Positions 40,731 to 49,671 of a stretch of 64,000 nt of DNA are shown piece after piece. The notes under the pieces were generated by a model. It saw nothing but the letters and a program-made list of their open reading frames with translations, ran no database searches and had not been told where the DNA came from. The position numbers and the translations under genes are program-made. The stretch covers positions 1 through 64,000 of IMG/VR virus record IMGVR_UViG_2706795801_000001; one strand, given 5' to 3'. Position 1 is the stretch's first letter; each line of letters opens with the position of its first letter. This DNA comes from a virus (Duplodnaviria; Caudoviricetes).

Positions 40731-40992
40731 GTCGTTAGATAAACCAAAAGTGCAGTTACGTATATTCCTGATTGTATCCTTTACCTTGATATTCTTGGTA
40801 CTATCTTATATGCCTACTGTACAATATTTGAGTGCATCCTTGAGTCTAGACACCAGTAGTTATTGCGGCAATTACGCCAAAGTGTGGTTGCATAAAATAC
40901 ACTTATACAATAACTACGCTGTATTTAAATGCGATTATGATTCTGAAGAATTGATGATTAATTTGTTGACAAGAGAAGTAAGTGAGTGGTAA
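40672..40992 (+). CDS. Membrane-anchored hypothetical protein
   Basis: One TM helix; probable start MNLFK. Confidence 0.6.
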   Translation: MWNWKRNFTRRRRLPMNLFKSLDKPKVQLRIFLIVSFTLIFLVLSYMPTVQYLSASLSLDTSSYCGNYAKVWLHKIHLYNNYAVFKCDYDSEELMINLLTREVSEW

Positions 40993-41378
40993 TAGTACCT
41001 CACTGAAGCAAATGATTGATGAATTACATCAGGAGGTGTAATATGTTTAAATTACTAAAGGTTTGGTGGTATTATTCAGTTCTTAGTAAAGTACTGCTGG
41101 ATGAAAATGGCAACCCATATGATAGAAAAGGTATGAAACACTTACGTGTTTAAATGAAAATTGTAAGCGTTGCTTACGAGAGGAGACAGATACAAGCTCC
41201 TCTATAATCCCTACGGAGTAGGAAATGTAATCCTTAATTTATTAAGTTGTTTCTGTTAATTACGTAGATAATCTAACGAATGTTTCATTCGTTTCGGTTT
41301 TATGTATCTGATATGAAAAATCCATTTTATCTGGCTAAACTCAGAGACAGCTTGAGTAGATTTAAATAAGGGGGTTAG

Positions 41379-41633
41379 ATGAAACATCAACAATACATTG
41401 CATGTAAACGTGATGGTACTTTTGAATTTAGAAATGGTGAGCCTGTATTAAAACAAGAAGGTGATATTGCAATATTTAATTGTGAAGATAGTTTGGATTT
41501 ATCACAAATTAGTATGTTATCCGATTACTTTTATAACAACCCATTTAAAACGGGTACGTTTTCTAATCCAGCAGTTTCGTTAGAAGAATCTAGAATTCGG
41601 ACGAAAGATAAAATTAACAAAATAAAAGTTTGA
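41379..41633 (+). CDS. Hypothetical protein
   Basis: 84 aa ORF. Confidence 0.6.
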   Translation: MKHQQYIACKRDGTFEFRNGEPVLKQEGDIAIFNCEDSLDLSQISMLSDYFYNNPFKTGTFSNPAVSLEESRIRTKDKINKIKV

Positions 41634-41658
41634 CACACTTAGATGTTCAAGGTATTAT
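41630..41658 (+). promoter_or_regulatory. Sigma70 promoter of the RNA operon
   Basis: TTGACA-17-TATTAT. Confidence 0.8.
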
Positions 41659-41891
41659 GTACTTATAGAAACAAACGGGAGTTAAACGAAGATGTTCGTG
41701 GTTGCCGAGTCATGATTGCACTGGAGACACCTTTAACAATGTGATAATCGGGGCTAGGTTGCGGTGCGTTGGGCCAATCTATGGACGCCATCGTAAGCTG
41801 TTATTTCATTCGATAATAAGGATGGTGATAATATCTCGCAGCATGAAGCGATAGACATGCAAGCAAAGTTAACGCTATGCGCCAAATGCGT

Positions 41892-42048
41892 TTAAATATT
41901 ATTTTTATGCTAACTTTGGTTTAACGGTATAACGAAGCCGCTGAAAAAGATAAGATAACCCAAAGGCCACGGGTCGTATTCTTTAGTAGGTTAGAGGCTT
42001 AGGCGTCAAGTTCGACTCTTGGCAGGTTAGCATAAAAATAATATTTAA
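41892..42048 (+). ncRNA. tRNA-like RNA with expanded anticodon arm and long closing stem
   Basis: D arm GTTTAACGGTATAAC; T arm TCAAG-TTCGACT-CTTGG; stem AAGCC/GGCTT around a ~55 nt insert; 23-bp perfect terminal inverted repeat. Confidence 0.7.
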
Positions 42049-42124
42049 GCGTAATTAGCTCAGATGGTAGAGCGCTATCCTTCCAAGTTAGTGGTCATCG
42101 GTTCGAATCCGATATTACGCTCCA
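42049..42124 (+). tRNA. tRNA-Gly(TCC)
   Basis: Full cloverleaf GCGTAAT...CT-TCC-AA...TTCGAAT...ATTACGC-T-CCA. Confidence 0.95.
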
Positions 42125-42191
42125 AATGTCCAGTTGCAGGATTCTGGCACACGGTAATAACAACCGTATAATCAACACCTGCTTTAATTAA

Positions 42192-42268
42192 ATCTCGTTA
42201 GCTCAGTTGGATAGAGCAACAGCCTTCTAAGCTGTGGGTCGAAAGTTCGAATCTTTCACGGGATACCA
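42192..42268 (+). tRNA. tRNA-Arg(TCT)
   Basis: Full cloverleaf ATCTCGT...CT-TCT-AA...TTCGAAT...ACGGGAT-A-CCA. Confidence 0.95.
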
Positions 42269-42286
42269 ACTACTACACGTTAGTAC

Positions 42287-42315
42287 TAGACAACACCATT
42301 GAGATATAGTATAGT
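42287..42315 (+). promoter_or_regulatory. Internal sigma70 promoter
   Basis: TAGACA-17-TATAGT. Confidence 0.6.
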
Positions 42316-42319
42316 TTGT

Positions 42320-43204
42320 GAGAAGGTTGTTTTGTCTTAGGGACCTATGATTGTAAGACCCAAGTGATACCTGCGTACAGGATGACAATCCGAATGACTG
42401 ACGTAAACAGTCTATATTTTAAAGTGTTTGGTAAGTTGATAGTGCGGCTCAATTTTAAATGGTATGAGGTGGCAGCATATCAGTCAAACACTTTAAAATG
42501 TAATTACATTGAAGTTATTATCATAGCTTCAATCAATTGTTACATTAAAAGGAGGATAAGCCACCTCCTTTCTGAGATACCATAAGAAATTGCGACTATG
42601 GTTAGAAGTTTAAATGGCAAACAATGTTGGTTGGCGCAGATTACGTCAGTTGCGGCAAAAGGCTTCGTTTACTGGAGTCGTTTAAAAGGTGGGCGAATAC
42701 AACACCTAACCAACAACACTTCTGATGTGTCTAAACTCAAGACGTATAGTAAATAAAAAGCTCTGCAAACCAGTAACGGAACTGGGAGAAGAAAGAAACA
42801 AAACGGTACGGAGTTATGTGGTTCTCCAGCAATACTATACACACTCCTCTGAAGAGTTTAATCTCAAGACAATACTCCTGCCCCGTCCTCGTAAGAGTTG
42901 GAGTTCTTTCCTGTAACAAGGTTGTAGCCAGAGTGCACATAAAAGTTATAATTCGGATTTAAGGTTGTTAGTCATCCTTAAGTAAATTATTGTAAAACTA
43001 ACAAATTCTACTGTATACTTGCCAATGGTTTAAGGTAGTCTTATAGCGGAAACGCACTTCATTGGCGCGATAATGTTTGTTAGTATTTATATACATCCCT
43101 CATTAACATGAGTTCTAGTTGTAATTACACAAGGCAGACTGCTAACGTCCCACATACAAAAGAGAGTACCACTCAAGTGTGGGTATTTGGTTGTTAGCCA
43201 GTCC
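42320..43204 (+). ncRNA. Series of small stem-enclosed structured RNA modules
   Basis: Closing stems at 42416-42499, 42625-42715, 42744-42840, 42997-43084 and 43137-43203; no credible ORFs. Confidence 0.55.
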
Positions 43205-43970
43205 GTGACTGGGTGATAAAACGACCGCTGGTATTGTAATTTAAGTTGTGGGTAACGTGATACCTTATGACCACACCCATGTTACAATGATGGTAATGTC
43301 GTTCATGAAAGTCATATTCCCTACCGAACCCAGATACTGGTTCAACACCTTGCCATTAATATATGGTTTCTGTGCAACGCAGACTAAGTAGGTTAATTTC
43401 GGGTCTGTTGTACAAGGTAACGCATATGCGTTAAATAGAAAGTTCCAATGGTTACGACCTTGGTAACGGCAAAGTCCTTTCCTATGCACCAATCAACGAT
43501 GTCATAGTCAGAGGCAAACACTAGGACATAACCCTGCCTAGTATAAAACGGTTTTGGGTGTAATAATATGTAAGCGACCACATGACTTTATCGTGGGGAC
43601 GGCTGGTATTCTGGTAAGATGATCCAAGACTCCATTATAATGGTAAACTTAAAGAACGCAAATGTGATGCTTTAGGCTAAAGCGTGGTGAGTGGGAGTAA
43701 CATCCAATTTAAGCAATGAGCCTTCAGGTAGCTCCTGAAATGTCCACGGATTCACATATATAGCTTGCACATGACCACTGATTCAAGCCAGTGCATAAGC
43801 AACTCCTGTCATTCGTGGCACTCGGTTGGGAGTATAATCTGGACTGGGAGACTAATAAAACCTTGTATTGTTCAAGGTCAGAAGTAAGACACTGTGAATG
43901 TCTAGGTAGACGTACTGACACATTGAGTCCCACCAAGTATTGGGTATCTACTCATACAGATTAACACCCT
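43205..43970 (+). ncRNA. Large ornate ncRNA candidate (ROOL/GOLLD size class)
   Basis: About 760 nt with no credible ORF; many hairpins and long-range helix AAAGTCAT(43308)/ATGACTTT(43582); downstream of tRNAs; ends at a terminator. Confidence 0.55.
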
Positions 43971-43997
43971 TTCAGAAATGACTGGGTGTTTTCTTTT
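43962..43997 (+). terminator. Rho-independent terminator closing the RNA operon
   Basis: AACACCC...GGGTGTT followed by TTCTTTT. Confidence 0.75.
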
Positions 43998-44073
43998 ACC
44001 TGAAATTTGATCAGGGTTATCAGTACATGATAATATGATCTTATGAAACACACTATTAACAAGGAATAACAAA

Positions 44074-44265
44074 TTGCAATGTAGTTGCGGGAATACAATA
44101 CACAGACCGTCCTATACCTCTAAATCTAAATATGATTATATTTGTAATGAATGTAAAGGTTACGAAGTAGAAGACTATGATATACCTCCATCGGGGGAAG
44201 ATTTACTAAATATTAATTTAGAAAACTATAATAGATATGAATTAAGTGGTGATGGAAATGACTAA
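44074..44265 (+). CDS. Small zinc-finger protein
   Basis: CSCG...CNEC. Confidence 0.6.
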   Translation: MQCSCGNTIHRPSYTSKSKYDYICNECKGYEVEDYDIPPSGEDLLNINLENYNRYELSGDGND

Positions 44266-44611
44266 TAAGAATAAAGGTGGTAGACCTACATCAAGTCAAG
44301 TAGCTGAAAGAGAATGGGGTGCGCTGATTACAGACATGAAAGCTATGTCCCCTAAACTTATGAAGAAAGCTATGAAGAAGTACTCCGACATACTGGACTC
44401 TGAGAAGGCATCTGAATCTGCAACGCTACGAGCCTGCTCTGGAGCCTTCGATATAGTTAAATATTTGAATGACCTAGAAAAACGTGTGGCTGATATGGAT
44501 GCTGAAGAAGAAGCTACTGCAGAAGGTTTATTAGCTGCAGTGGTTGCTGAAGAAAAGAAGCCTATGATTAGTCTAGTGGCATTCGAACCACCAGAAAAGA
44601 AAGTGATGTAG
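44246..44611 (+). CDS. Hypothetical protein, possible terminase small subunit
   Basis: N-terminal KGGRPT followed by helical region; upstream of terL. Confidence 0.4.
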   Translation: MVMEMTNKNKGGRPTSSQVAEREWGALITDMKAMSPKLMKKAMKKYSDILDSEKASESATLRACSGAFDIVKYLNDLEKRVADMDAEEEATAEGLLAAVVAEEKKPMISLVAFEPPEKKVM

Positions 44612-44659
44612 GTTATATTAAGTTTGACTGTATGTTCATGTTACTGTTATAATTACGTA

Positions 44660-44825
44660 TAGGTTGTGTGGCGGGGTTAAGTTCCTCCTCCTTACTTCAT
44701 CTGGCTACACTTCCTATATCCCTCCTAAAATGAGAGTAGTATATAACAGCTACCAGATATCTACAACCACACTTCCTCCTTCCCCCGCCTCATCAAATAC
44801 GTATGAGTGCGGGGTTTTTCTTTTT
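44660..44825 (+). ncRNA. Stand-alone C-rich small RNA
   Basis: TTGACT-18-TATAAT promoter with extended TG; intrinsic terminator 44783-44825; several TTCCT/CCTCCT motifs. Confidence 0.6.
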
Positions 44826-44871
44826 ATAAAATTTAAAATTAGTGTTGACACGATAGGTGTGAGGTAATATA

Positions 44872-45270
44872 GTGAGTGTATTATTAATTGAAGAAGGGAG
44901 GTTTATAATGTTTACTAAATTAAAATTGTGGTGGAGACTTGAGACTGGTAAGGATTTGCTTGAACAATTACAGAAAGGGTATGAGGAGCAGGTTATTATT
45001 ATCAGCGCCCTAGAGGATCAACTGGCCTCTTTAACTAGAACAGTTAAACTGCACACTAGGGTAGATGCAGATGTGAGTAGTACTAAGTATGATAAGTCTG
45101 TTATCATATGTTCTGGTAGATGGAAGAACCATTCGTACTCCGAGGTGTTTGAAGTCGAGGGTGGATTACTAAAAGATACTGTGGATATTCTTCGTGATAA
45201 GGAGAAAACGCACTCACGAGGTTATTACGATCTACCTTATGGTACTAATAGATTCTTTGGAGGTTTATAA
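44872..45270 (+). CDS. Hypothetical protein
   Basis: Probable start MFTKL with GGAGG RBS. Confidence 0.7.
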   Translation: MSVLLIEEGRFIMFTKLKLWWRLETGKDLLEQLQKGYEEQVIIISALEDQLASLTRTVKLHTRVDADVSSTKYDKSVIICSGRWKNHSYSEVFEVEGGLLKDTVDILRDKEKTHSRGYYDLPYGTNRFFGGL

Positions 45271-45272
45271 TT

Positions 45273-45530
45273 ATGGTTATCGCAATAGGTTTTGTATGTT
45301 TAATTGGTTGGGTATTAGGTGCATGGGTTCCTTGGTGGGTCGTAGCGGCTATGTGGTGTGGCTATGGTATCAATTTGTGTCTAGGTAAACAAAGTGGCTT
45401 AGATGGCGTTATAGACTTCCACTGTGGTATTATACTAATCACTGCAACAGTGTCAGGGTTCATCTTAGGTGATGTGACATTTGCAATGATTTGGGACTGG
45501 TTGGTGATGGTATTTACTGGAGGGATGTGA
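45273..45530 (+). CDS. Small membrane protein
   Basis: Hydrophobic; GGAGG RBS. Confidence 0.7.
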   Translation: MVIAIGFVCLIGWVLGAWVPWWVVAAMWCGYGINLCLGKQSGLDGVIDFHCGIILITATVSGFILGDVTFAMIWDWLVMVFTGGM

Positions 45531-45710
45531 TAGTGGAAATTAAATTATATGAAGATTTGAAATTCTGTTGGAGAGTTGGTTATAAACTCAACCAGATTAA
45601 AGACTATTGTAATACCCCACTTTCTATAGAAGAACTTCAAGTTGAATTTAAGAAAATGTGGGAGAATGAATTGCAAAATAGATTAACTAGTACTAAATGT
45701 GAGGTGGCAC

Positions 45711-46049
45711 ATGATAATTAAGTGCTACTACGATAAAACACTAAAAATGTCAGCAGGTAAACTTGCGGCACAAGTAGGTCATGTAGTTGCCAACATGGTT
45801 ACTAATTTAGCACCATCAAAAATCATAGTACTAGAGGCTAGCCATAATAAATTTATTGGGCTGTGTAAGGATTCCGAGTATGTACAGCATGACGTAGGAT
45901 TAACTGAAGTAGTAGAAGGTACACCCACTGTATGCGGATACACTTACAACAACCTAGGTAATACTATCCATACAGATGGAGGTTTTGGTTGTGTGGAGGA
46001 CTTCCAAAGTGAATACATGAGCGTTTTTAATGTTAAGGAGGACTTATGA
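45711..46049 (+). CDS. Peptidyl-tRNA hydrolase, Pth2 family
   Basis: LKMSAGKLAAQVGH...KIIVL...DVGLTEV.EGTPTVCG. Confidence 0.85.
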   Translation: MIIKCYYDKTLKMSAGKLAAQVGHVVANMVTNLAPSKIIVLEASHNKFIGLCKDSEYVQHDVGLTEVVEGTPTVCGYTYNNLGNTIHTDGGFGCVEDFQSEYMSVFNVKEDL

Positions 46050-46537
46050 CAACTAAAATTATATTCTTGGATATAGATGGTGTGTTGAACAATGGTATAG
46101 ATTCTGACACACATTATGATGCTTCTTATGGAGAGTATTTCCTATATAGTCTTAAGTGTGTGGCGAGGCTTAACCGACTAATATCCGCAACAGGTGCCAG
46201 TATTGTAGTCTCAAGTACATGGCGTTTAGGTTTAACATTAAAGGAGATAAGAGTCTTATTGAATAATATGGGTATATTTGCCCCAGTTGTAGGAGTAACT
46301 GATGATCTTAGTAGATACCCATGTTGTAGGGGTAATGAAATATATAAGTGGATAGAAGATAATGAAGAATTATTAAAGTATGATTATTACTATAATTATA
46401 AATCCTACATTATCCTTGACGATGATACTGACATGCTACTATGGCAGAAAAATAACTTTGTCAATACCGATGGTCAAGTAGGACTTACTGCCGAAGATGT
46501 AAAGAAGGCTATTGAAATACTAAATAAGGAGAAATAA
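46046..46537 (+). CDS. HAD phosphatase (Swiss-Army-knife RNA repair type)
   Basis: FLDIDGVLN, VVSSTWR, RGNEI, ILDDD and GLT motifs. Confidence 0.88.
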   Translation: MTTKIIFLDIDGVLNNGIDSDTHYDASYGEYFLYSLKCVARLNRLISATGASIVVSSTWRLGLTLKEIRVLLNNMGIFAPVVGVTDDLSRYPCCRGNEIYKWIEDNEELLKYDYYYNYKSYIILDDDTDMLLWQKNNFVNTDGQVGLTAEDVKKAIEILNKEK

Positions 46538-46894
46538 ATGAATAATAATTTTACAAATGGTTGTGTAGAACAAGCCACAATGGATTGCTATGCAAAATTA
46601 CATGGTGTCAATCTAATACATTCTTATTCAATGCATATTGATGAACACACAGAAGAAGAATGTGTAATGTTCGGGTTCAACTTACATGGTGATGAATACC
46701 ATGCGATTGTAGACCCTCAGACGATGCTGACGACACTTTATATTGAATTTGATATGAAGGTTGGGGATGGAAAGGTTGAATCAACCACAGACTTCTACGG
46801 ACACGCAGAGTTGGATGATTTGCTGGTAATGTTAAAGAAAGTACCAACCGTGATGGATGTGTTGGTGGATTATGGTGATGGGAGGTTACATTAG
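46538..46894 (+). CDS. Hypothetical protein
   Basis: 118 aa; AGGAG RBS. Confidence 0.7.
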   Translation: MNNNFTNGCVEQATMDCYAKLHGVNLIHSYSMHIDEHTEEECVMFGFNLHGDEYHAIVDPQTMLTTLYIEFDMKVGDGKVESTTDFYGHAELDDLLVMLKKVPTVMDVLVDYGDGRLH

Positions 46895-46951
46895 AGTGAG
46901 AAGTATGAATAAGAAACAAGCTAGGTATTTAGAGAAGATGGAGTTGTTTGT

Positions 46952-49541
46952 ATGAGTGAAAAAACTTTATTTTCTCCAGCATCCCCTAAACAGGCGTTGA
47001 TGTTAAAGAGGGCAAGTGATACACAGATAGTTGTGATCGGTGGCGCTGCAGGTTCTGGAAAGTCCCATATTCTTAACCACTTACCCCTTCTTGTAGTTGA
47101 CGACCCTAGGACAAACTGTATTATGTACCGTAGGACTAACCCTCAACTAGAAGGTGGTTTGTGGCCTAACGGACGTAAGATTTGGGCAGAAATGCCAGAT
47201 TGGGTACCAAAAGAATATAAACCCAAGAATATCAGGGAGAAGGTTAAAGAAGTTATCCTTTATAACGGAGCTAAGATTAAATACAATCAGGCAGAAAATA
47301 CCTCTAGAGCTAAGGATGACGCCCAAGGACAGGAATTTACCTTAGTTTGTATTGACGAAGCAACACAACATGACTGGGAATTTATAGAATACTTAATGTC
47401 TCGTTTACGGTCGCCATCTAAGCATTTCTCAAGAATGGTGATGAGTTGTAACCCCGACCCAGATCATAAACTAAGGCAAATTATTGACTGGTACTTGGAT
47501 GAAGAAGGATACCCCGATCCAGATAAGGATGGAGTACAGAGGTATTTTATTACCCTTGATGGGGAGTTCCAATGGGGGAATACCAAAGCTGAATTAGGGG
47601 AGAGGTTCGATATACCCGAAAAAGACTGGGAAAGTAAAATATTATCCTTCGCGTTTGTCAGCGGGACTATTTACGATAACCCCCCCATGATGGTTTTGAA
47701 TCCACAGTACCTAGCTTTTCTTGAAGGCTTAAATGATATTGATAAAGCTCAACTGTTACACGGTTATCTAGTAGCCGCTTCATTCGTAATGGAATGTCGA
47801 TAATTTTGTTAATTGCTGGGAAATCTTTACACCTATTAGTTGCTATAGAATAAAGTATATAATTTGGCTATAGGTTTAGATAATCAGCACCTAAGGTATT
47901 ACCACCCAGAATAAAGTAAGGAAAATTATGAAAAATCTTAAAAGTTTAAATGCATCAAATTACTGTTTAACCCCTTGTGGTAAACTCTATTCCTTAAGAG
48001 TCAATAGTTTCATGGATGGTTGGGTAGTTGGTGGTTACCTGAAATACTCAATAACCTTCGATGATAGTTCTCATAAAGAAATGTTTGCTCACAGACTTGT
48101 GGCAATTGCTTATCTGGGAGGAGAAGATTCAAATAGGATTTTTGTGAACCATATAGACGGTAACACACTAAATAACCATAAAGATAATCTAGAGTGGGTA
48201 ACTCCGTCTGAGAACAACTTTCACGCTTATGAGACAAACCTTTCTGTTGGAAAAAAACATCACGTAGAAGGTCTAGAGTATCTTAAAGGTATATACAATG
48301 AAAGTTGTGATTATAAGAACCTCACAGAAGAGGATGTGCATCAAATATGTAAGCTCCTTGTTGCAGGCTATAGGGACGTGGATATAAGTCGTATGACTAA
48401 CTTACCCAGAAGGACAATAAACCACATACGTCATAAGGATCTTACCTTGTTTCCAAAGATTGTAGAACAATACTCGTTCTCTTTCACAAAAGAAGATCGG
48501 ATGTCACCAGAACAGGTAGTTCAAATATGTGAGATGTTACAGTGTGGGTGGAAAGTTATGGAATTATCTAGACATTTAGGGTTAAACAGGAAAAAAGTAG
48601 GTAATATTAAGAGTAGGAAGACCTTCCTTGATATATCTAAAGCATATAATTGGTAATACAAAGATCAACGACTAACCCTGACGGGTGTACGCTGTAAGCT
48701 TAAAGCAGTGGAAATACAAAACACCTAAGTAAATTTATATTTAGGTGAAGATATAGTCTAGACTGTATGGTGACATATAGAAGTTCATAAGAGAACTGAG
48801 TGTGATTTGCGAACTCACTTGAATAATACGAACTGGAATGCACGTGCTAAGGGGGCCAACTATCTACTTTCTGGATGGTTTCAAGAGGTTGATAGGATAC
48901 CTTCTGGTGGTGTAATGGCAAGAGGTTATGATTTAGCTGCCACTGAAAGGAGTCAAGTCAATAAACACCCTGATGCCACTACATCATGTAAAATGTTGAA
49001 ACATGAGGGGTATTACTACATTATTGGTAATTATCACGAAAGTTTTTATGATGATGTTGAAGATGTCTACGGGAGGGTATGTAAAAGGGTTGGTGATAGA
49101 GATAATGTAATGTTGTCTCAGGCGAAACTAGATGGAGATGAATGTACCATTGTTCTTCCCGTAGATCCAGCTTCTGCTGGTAAACAGGTGTATTTAGAGA
49201 TGTCTAAGTTTTTTACTGGTAATGGGTTTAGAGTTAAGAAAGACCCAGTAGCTGGTAATAAATCAAAACTTACTAGGTTCTTACCTTTTGCCACTGCAGC
49301 AGAGAATGGTTTAGTTAAGATAGTAAGGAACACTTTTGACGACAAAACTTATTTATGGATAATGAAAGAATTGGAAGCCTTTAACGGGGAAAGGTCAACT
49401 TCTACAAAAAAAGATGATTTTCCAGACTGTATTTCTACAGTTTTCAACTACTTATGTACCGCAAGGTCTAACAAAGCCTTCACCTTACCTACAATTGATT
49501 CTCCTTCTCTCCTATCTCACCATAAGTCGAGAATTAAATAA
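46952..49541 (+). CDS. terL: Terminase large subunit, two exons (46952-47764 and 48831-49541; 507 aa spliced)
   Basis: GGAAGSGKS, IDEA, SCNP; LLHG|NW restored on splicing; YDLA and KDDFPD nuclease motifs. Confidence 0.92.
47765..48830 (+). mobile_element. Group I intron (1066 nt) with HNH homing endonuclease
   Basis: P1 CGGT/GCCG, terminal G; P AATTGCTGGGAA, Q AATCAGCA, R GATCAACGACTA, S AAGATATAGTCT. Confidence 0.92.
47928..48656 (+). CDS. Intron-encoded HNH homing endonuclease with two C-terminal HTH repeats
   Basis: AHRLVA..VNHIDG.TLNN..NLEWVT.SEN..HA; repeated (L/M).xExVxQIC helices. Confidence 0.9.
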   Translation: MKNLKSLNASNYCLTPCGKLYSLRVNSFMDGWVVGGYLKYSITFDDSSHKEMFAHRLVAIAYLGGEDSNRIFVNHIDGNTLNNHKDNLEWVTPSENNFHAYETNLSVGKKHHVEGLEYLKGIYNESCDYKNLTEEDVHQICKLLVAGYRDVDISRMTNLPRRTINHIRHKDLTLFPKIVEQYSFSFTKEDRMSPEQVVQICEMLQCGWKVMELSRHLGLNRKKVGNIKSRKTFLDISKAYNW

Positions 49542-49564
49542 TCCCATGCAATGTGGGTGACATA

Positions 49565-49597
49565 GACCCTCTACAGTGATGTAGAGGGTTTTTCTTT
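49565..49597 (+). terminator. Terminator after terL
   Basis: ACCCTCTACA...TGTAGAGGGT followed by a T run. Confidence 0.8.
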
Positions 49598-49671
49598 ACC
49601 TGTAATTTAGTTGTTGACGTGACCTGTTTCTTGTGTAATACTCTCTGCACATTAATAAATAAGGAGAGGTA

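Noticed and set aside
41210-41224. 15-nt identity (CCTACGGAGTAGGAA) with the nrdA intron P6 hairpin
   Set aside because: A short self-complementary sequence with no other intron elements nearby; chance is plausible.
42760-42815. c-di-GMP-I riboswitch (GCAAACC...GG)
   Set aside because: No GACGCAAAGC/P3 element and no downstream gene to regulate.
43440-43500. RNase P RNA (AAAGTCC)
   Set aside because: Lacks the GAGGAAAGTCC context and the 3' ACAGAA..CGGCTTA element.
43593-43935. tmRNA (GGGGAC... start and ...CCCACCA end)
   Set aside because: No T arm before the CCA, no G3-U70 acceptor stem and no tag reading frame recognised.
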